Source of the DNA: an uncultured Candidatus Binatia bacterium
Lineage (GTDB): Bacteria; Desulfobacterota; Binatia; UBA9968; JAJDTQ01
Direction: 5' to 3'
Length of the DNA stretch: 11,084 nt
Assembly (NCBI GenBank): GCA_965242525.1
Contig: CBDESP010000001.1
Coordinates: forward strand, 1 to 11,084
Part shown: positions 7,132 through 11,084 of the stretch, piece by piece
Numbering within the stretch: the first letter of the stretch is position 1
Layout: the number at the start of each line of letters is the position of its first letter
Made by a program: the position numbers and the translations under genes
The notes under the pieces: generated by a model
Told to the model about the DNA's origin: nothing
Databases searched by the model: none
Seen by the model: only the letters and a program-made list of their open reading frames with translations

Positions 7132-7900
7132 TCGGCACCAGATAAGCCGCGTGCTGTCCCGGCGTATTCAGAAGCTCGCGGTTGTGAGCGTCGGGGTCGT
7201 GCGGGTCGCGCCGGAGCCGCCGCCGCCTGGTCGACAGCAGCCGGGACAGAAGTGGCCGCGGGGTGGGTGGTCGGGGTGATTTGAATGCCCAGTTGTCGCC
7301 AAATCGCTCGCACATAGGTGCGTCGGCGTCGGGCCATCGCTCGACCAGTTTCACCCAATCCGAGGGGCGGTGTATCTCCTTCACCCTGGGCCGACCTTCG
7401 ATCTCAACCTGCCAGCGACTCGTTGGGGGATAATGGAACTCCCAGGCGAGCAGGATTTCGTCGTGGACTTCCGGCGGGAGACGTGACACGGTCCACAGCA
7501 GGCCGCCGATATCAAGGCTTCCCGATACGCGAGGCGACTGGTCCGTGGTCCACCACTCCTGACCCTCTGTATCCATCGGCGCATGCAGGACATCACCGCA
7601 TTTCTGCCCGACCGCAGCAGCGATCGGCCGCCGTATCTCGGCGCATCGGTAGTAGGCCGCAAGGCCGACGGGAGCGTCGGAGTTCCAAGGGCTGACATGG
7701 CTGTCGCCGACCCACACCGCCAGTCTGAGCACTTCGCCGACAGAAGCTTCCTCGACCCAATTGACGGCGAGTTCGACGGCTTCGGCGTCGGATTCAGCGT
7801 CCCTCCGCCTCCATCTCGGCCATGCCTGCGACTCGATCTCGGCCAGCAGCGCCACCCCCAGGGGGGCTTCTGTCAACGCTTCGACGAAGTCCACGGTCAC
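6650..7900 (-). CDS. Uncharacterised protein, upstream paralogue (copy A); residues after about 6880 are out-of-frame read-through into copy B
   Basis: Likely start GTG 7900 (VTVDFVEALTEAPLGV), matching copy B IEALMEAPMGV. Homology to copy B ends at DDLGI (6881). Confidence 0.75.
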   Translation of the reverse strand: MTVDFVEALTEAPLGVALLAEIESQAWPRWRRRDAESDAEAVELAVNWVEEASVGEVLRLAVWVGDSHVSPWNSDAPVGLAAYYRCAEIRRPIAAAVGQKCGDVLHAPMDTEGQEWWTTDQSPRVSGSLDIGGLLWTVSRLPPEVHDEILLAWEFHYPPTSRWQVEIEGRPRVKEIHRPSDWVKLVERWPDADAPMCERFGDNWAFKSPRPPTPRPLLSRLLSTRRRRLRRDPHDPDAHNRELLNTPGQHAAYLVPTRLVGVDWHAAAEHYDAVHVSWAGFLTTEGYVSELADGSVTMMRGFASESTLWLTDRFAPVPASPLDAPEGLTKEGACGDDLGINRGADGGPDGGRDAGRHRVESPEPEVFPLFWGRRLRPRGCRTRRRLGLGRLRRRGPLACSERGRRLCRPLESHRPR

Positions 7901-7908
7901 CGACCGCC

Positions 7909-7914
7909 ACCCTA
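7909..7914 (-). promoter_or_regulatory. Candidate -10 element (TAGGGT) for a leaderless copy A transcript
   Basis: TANNNT hexamer 8 nt upstream of GTG 7900, with no Shine-Dalgarno. Leaderless starts are common in Actinobacteria. Confidence 0.4.
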
Positions 7915-7926
7915 GCCGACGAGCGG

Positions 7927-7997
7927 GCAGGGGCACACTGTGCGGGGTGACGGTCTGCTCATCGGGTCGCCGCTGGTCGGCCTGGCGCAGGTCGAAC
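7927..7997 (-). repeat. Degenerate direct-repeat copy (gene fragment) of 8461-8530 from the Fe-S gene
   Basis: gcaggggcacactgtgcggggtgacggtctgctcatcgggtcgccgctggtcggcctggcgcaggtcgaac vs gtaggagcacacggtgcggg-tgacggtctgctcttcgggccgccactgttcggcctggcgcaggtcgaac: 7 mismatches plus 1 indel in 71 columns. Encodes FDLRQADQRRPDEQTVT vs FDLRQAEQWRPEEQTVT. Confidence 0.92.
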
Positions 7998-8021
7998 AAG
8001 AAGGGAGATATATTCGCTTAG

Positions 8022-8360
8022 ATGCAACGCGTTGTGTTCAAAGTCTTGATAGTTGGAACAGCAATACTTTTGCTTTCCTTCGGGGGAGCTATCTGGGCCG
8101 CGCCGGTGACGATACCTCTTCTGATCTATGCGATTTTGCGAGTTGGACTGACCTGTCGCTGGCTTATTACCGCTACGATGATTCTCGCTTTGACTGCAAC
8201 CCAGTGTACGTGGGCGATCATGTATGTCACTGTGGGAGAATCCAACCCGGCAATATGGATAGCCCCTATCGCAACATTTACAGTATTTGTTACAGCAATA
8301 ACTTGGGTTACTCGCCGGGTTATTCGCCGTGGACGTATTGCCAGCCGAAGCGGCCTTTGA
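8022..8360 (+). CDS. Small hypothetical integral membrane protein (about 4 hydrophobic segments), low GC
   Basis: 112 aa and strongly hydrophobic, with a basic C-tail. About 47-48% GC in two 60-nt samples against about 70% in the flanks. AAGGGAG lies 14 nt upstream. Overlaps the convergent Fe-S gene by 41 nt. Confidence 0.7.
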   Translation: MQRVVFKVLIVGTAILLLSFGGAIWAAPVTIPLLIYAILRVGLTCRWLITATMILALTATQCTWAIMYVTVGESNPAIWIAPIATFTVFVTAITWVTRRVIRRGRIASRSGL

Positions 8361-9229
8361 TGCACAGGTGGCCGCTGGTGACCGAGTGGTCCGACGGCGA
8401 GGTTACCTTGACTATGCGCTCGTCCTGCACGTGCAGTTCTAAGTTGCAGCCCACCCCGCAGTAGGAGCACACGGTGCGGGTGACGGTCTGCTCTTCGGGC
8501 CGCCACTGTTCGGCCTGGCGCAGGTCGAACTCGGTTTTGAACTGCAGCGCCCCGGTGGGGCACACCCCCACGCAGTTGCCGCAGTAGACGCAGGCCGAGT
8601 CGGGCAGGGCCACGTCGAACTCGGTGGAGATGCGGGCGTCGAAGCCCCGGCCCGCCACCGCGATGGCGTAGGTGTGCTGGGCGTCGTCGCCGCAGGCCTC
8701 CACGCACTTGTAGCACAGCACGCACTTCTCGTAGTCCCGCACGTACAGCTCGTCCTGCACCTTCACCGGCTCCCGATATCCGCTCCACCGGGTGGTCCTC
8801 GTCGGCGTAGCGGCCGGGGTCGGCCCCGTAGTGCTCCATCCAGGCGTGCAGCGACTCGGCCTGGCTCAGGTCCACCCCCGACCCCAGGAACTCCAGCACC
8901 ATCCGGCGGCTGTGGCGGACCCGCTCGGTGTCGGTGCGCACCACCATGCCGTCCTCCGCCGGGCGGGAGCAGGCCGGCACCAGGGTGCGGGCCCCCTCCA
9001 GCTCCACCACGCACACCCGGCAGACGTTGACCGGGGTAAGGTTCTCGGCCCAGCACAGGGTGGGGGTGCGGACCCCGGCCTGCTCGCAGGCGGCGTGGAT
9101 GGTGGACCCGGCGGGCGCCTCCACCTCCCGCCCGTCGATGGTGAGCTTGACCGGAACCGCGGGCGGCGAGCCGTTCGAGGCATCGCCCCGGCTGGGGCCC
9201 GCCCCTGACCCCGGCGCCGAATCGCCCAT
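8320..9229 (-). CDS. Poly-iron-sulfur protein like the NuoG / formate dehydrogenase alpha N-terminus (2Fe-2S + 2x4Fe-4S + molybdopterin-enzyme Fe4S4 domain); one +1 frameshift near 8775
   Basis: TLC..VCRVC..PAC (2Fe-2S) in ORF 9232. After the shift at CGG ATA T CGG GAG come CVLCYKCVEAC, CVYCGNCVGVCP and CSYCGVGC...LCIKGRFG in ORF 8766. About 302 aa when corrected. Start overlaps the upstream stop (TGATG). Confidence 0.85.
8461..8530 (-). repeat. In-gene copy of the 70-bp direct repeat (partner of 7927-7997)
   Basis: See the alignment above; the copies are 534 nt apart. Confidence 0.92.
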
Positions 9230-11051
9230 CACGTCCCTCCGCCGCTTCGGGCCCCCGCCAGGCCCAAGTCCAGCGCCGAGCGCACGGCGGAGGCAGCGGT
9301 GTGGCCCAGGCCGCAGATGGAGGCGTCGCCCATCACCTTAGCCACGTCGTCGAGCATCTCCCGACGGCCGGCCGACAGCTCCCCCCGCTCGGCCATGCGC
9401 ACCCAGCGCCTCGTGCTGGCGGACCGTGCCCACCCGGCAGGGCACGCACTGGCCGCACGACTCGTGGCGGAAGAACTCGGCGATGCGCACCAGCACCGGG
9501 GTCATGTCCACGCCGGTGTCGAAGGCCATCACCACCCCCGAGCCCAGGGTGGTGCCGGCGGCTCGGGTGGTCCTCCAGGGTCAGGGGCAGGTCCAGCGAG
9601 TCCGGCCCCACGAACGAGCCGGCCGCGCCCCCCATGAGCACGGCCTGCAGCTCCCCCGTCCCGGTGATCCCCCCGGCCAGCTCCAGCACCTCCCCCAGTC
9701 TGGTCCCGAACGCCACCTCGTAGAGGCCGGGGCTCCGCACCCGGCCCGACAGGCACAGCAGCTTGGTGCCGGGGGACCGCTCCGTGCCCCTGGCCCGGTA
9801 GGCCTCGGGGCCGTCGGTGACGATGTCGAGCACGTTGATCAGGGTCTCGGGGTTGTTGACCGCGGTGGGCTGGCCGAACAGGCCGTGGGTGGTGGGGAAC
9901 GGCGGCTTGTTGCGGGGCTCGCCCCGGAACCCCTCCAGCGAGTTGAACAGAGCCGTCTCCTCGCCGCATATGTAGGCCCCGGCCCCCCGCCAGACGGCGA
10001 TGTCGAAGGTCTGGCCGCTGTCGGCCGCGTCGTCGCCGAGCAGCCCGGCTGCTCGGGCCTGGTCGACCGCGCCCTGGAGTCGGGCGGTGGCCAGCGGGTA
10101 CTCGCCCCGGATGTAGATCCACCCCTGGGCGGCGCCGACGGCCAGCCCGGCGATGGTGAGCGACTCGATCACCGCGAACGGGTCCTGCTCCATGACGATG
10201 CGGTCCTTGAAGGTGCCGGGCTCGGACTCGTCGCAGTTGGCCACCACGTGCTTGGGCCGCCCGGTCTCGGCCGCCACCGCCCGCCATTTGACCCCGGTGG
10301 GGAAGGCGGCCCCGCCCCGGCCCGACAGGCCCGAGTCGGCCACCGCGGCCAGCACCGCCTCGGGTCCCATCTCCACCGCCCGGGCCAGGGCCTCATAGCC
10401 GCCGCAGGCCCGGTAGGACTCCAGCGAGGTGGGGTCGGCCACCCCGATCCGGCGCAGCAGTCGCAAGCCGGGATCGCCGTGCTGAGGCAGCCGGTAGGCG
10501 CGGGCACCGTCGCCGTGGCCACTGTTGCCGTCGCCAGCACCGGCGCCGCCGTTTTCGTCGGCCGGCACCCGGTCAGGGCCGCCCACCGCCTGCACGAATA
10601 AGGCCGGAGCCCGCTCGCACTGGCCCAGGCACGGGCTGTGATGAACGTGGGCACCGGATGCGGCCACCGAGGCGGCCAGCTCCTCGCAGCCGGAGATCTG
10701 GCAGGCGGCGTCCACGCAGACGTGGACGGTGTCGCCGTCGTGGTCGGGCGCCTCGGTGCGGAACAGGTCGTAGAAGGAGGCCACTCCGTAGGCCTCGGCC
10801 GGGGGGACCAGCAGCACCTCGCCGATGTAGTTGATCCCGCCGGGGCTGATCCAGCCCGCCGCGTTCTGCAGGCCGTGCAAGGCCGGGAGCAGGTAGTGGC
10901 GGCGCTGGTGGCGGCGGTCCGTGCCCCCCACCACCAGCCGCTCGGTGCGGTGCTGGACCACCGGGTCGGCGCCGCAGCGCTTCAGCGCCGCGTCCACCGC
11001 GGCCCGCTCGACCTCGGTGGCCCGCTCGGCCCCGAGGTGGACGTCAGCCAC
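9229..11051 (-). CDS. Fused NuoE-NuoF-like (FdsG-FdsB/HoxF-type) NAD(P)H-binding FMN/Fe-S flavoprotein; two +1 frameshifts (about 9570 and about 9403)
   Basis: NuoE 2Fe-2S motif CVDAAC...CLGQC; NuoF motifs GRGGAAFPTG, NCDESEPGTFKD, YICGEETAL and NNPET. Removing one base at 9569-9570 gives LEDTRAAGTTLGSGVVMAFD..ESCGQCVPCRVG. Removing one at 9402-9404 gives HEALVRMAERGE..DASICGLGHTAASAVRSAL..GGT-stop (9231-9229). About 606 aa when corrected. Confidence 0.88.
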
Positions 11052-11084
11052 GCCCGAGCCGCCCCCCCGCCGGGCGGAACGGAG

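Noticed and set aside
7901-7999. N-terminal extension of ORF 6650-7999 (MFDLRQADQ...) as a real Fe-S/paralogue fusion
   Set aside because: It is in frame only because of the extra G in the degenerate repeat, and homology with copy B starts near 7890.
7927-8530. Repeat pair as a DGR template/variable repeat
   Set aside because: Mismatches are not adenine-specific on either strand, there is an indel, and no reverse transcriptase is in view.
8418-8760. Short exact repeats gctcgtcctgcac (8418-8430 and 8748-8760) and gtcgaactcggt (8524-8535 and 8614-8625)
   Set aside because: They correspond to repeated tetrapeptides VQDE and TEFD under strong codon bias, so chance is a sufficient explanation.
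9229-11051. Calling this respiratory complex I nuoE/nuoF
   Set aside because: It is a fused E-F architecture with no membrane nuo genes in the window and a truncated NuoG-like partner, which fits a soluble dehydrogenase module better.

Overview
High-GC (about 70%), actinobacterial-looking window. Almost all genes are on the minus strand. In transcription order (right to left) they are: a NuoE-NuoF fused flavoprotein; a NuoG/FdsA-N-terminus-like poly-Fe-S protein; an accessory insert of about 2.6 kb; dihydropyrimidinase (hydA); CoA-acylating (methyl)malonate-semialdehyde dehydrogenase (mmsA); a TIGR03842-like F420-dependent LLM oxidoreductase; a Rieske oxygenase alpha subunit; and a partial XRE/HigA-like HTH gene with its own leaderless promoter. 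The core looks like a reductive pyrimidine catabolism cluster in which the F420 enzyme may replace the canonical dihydropyrimidine dehydrogenase. The insert has two parts. One is a roughly 48% GC antisense membrane-protein gene inside a 534-bp unit bracketed by about 70-bp direct repeats of the Fe-S gene, with an abrupt codon-usage switch suggesting that gene's 3' end was swapped. The other is two tandem paralogues of an uncharacterised family, joined one base out of frame. Five apparent single-base insertions between 6880 and 9570 suggest consensus sequencing errors or early decay. All alignments and counts were done by eye; no database searches were run.
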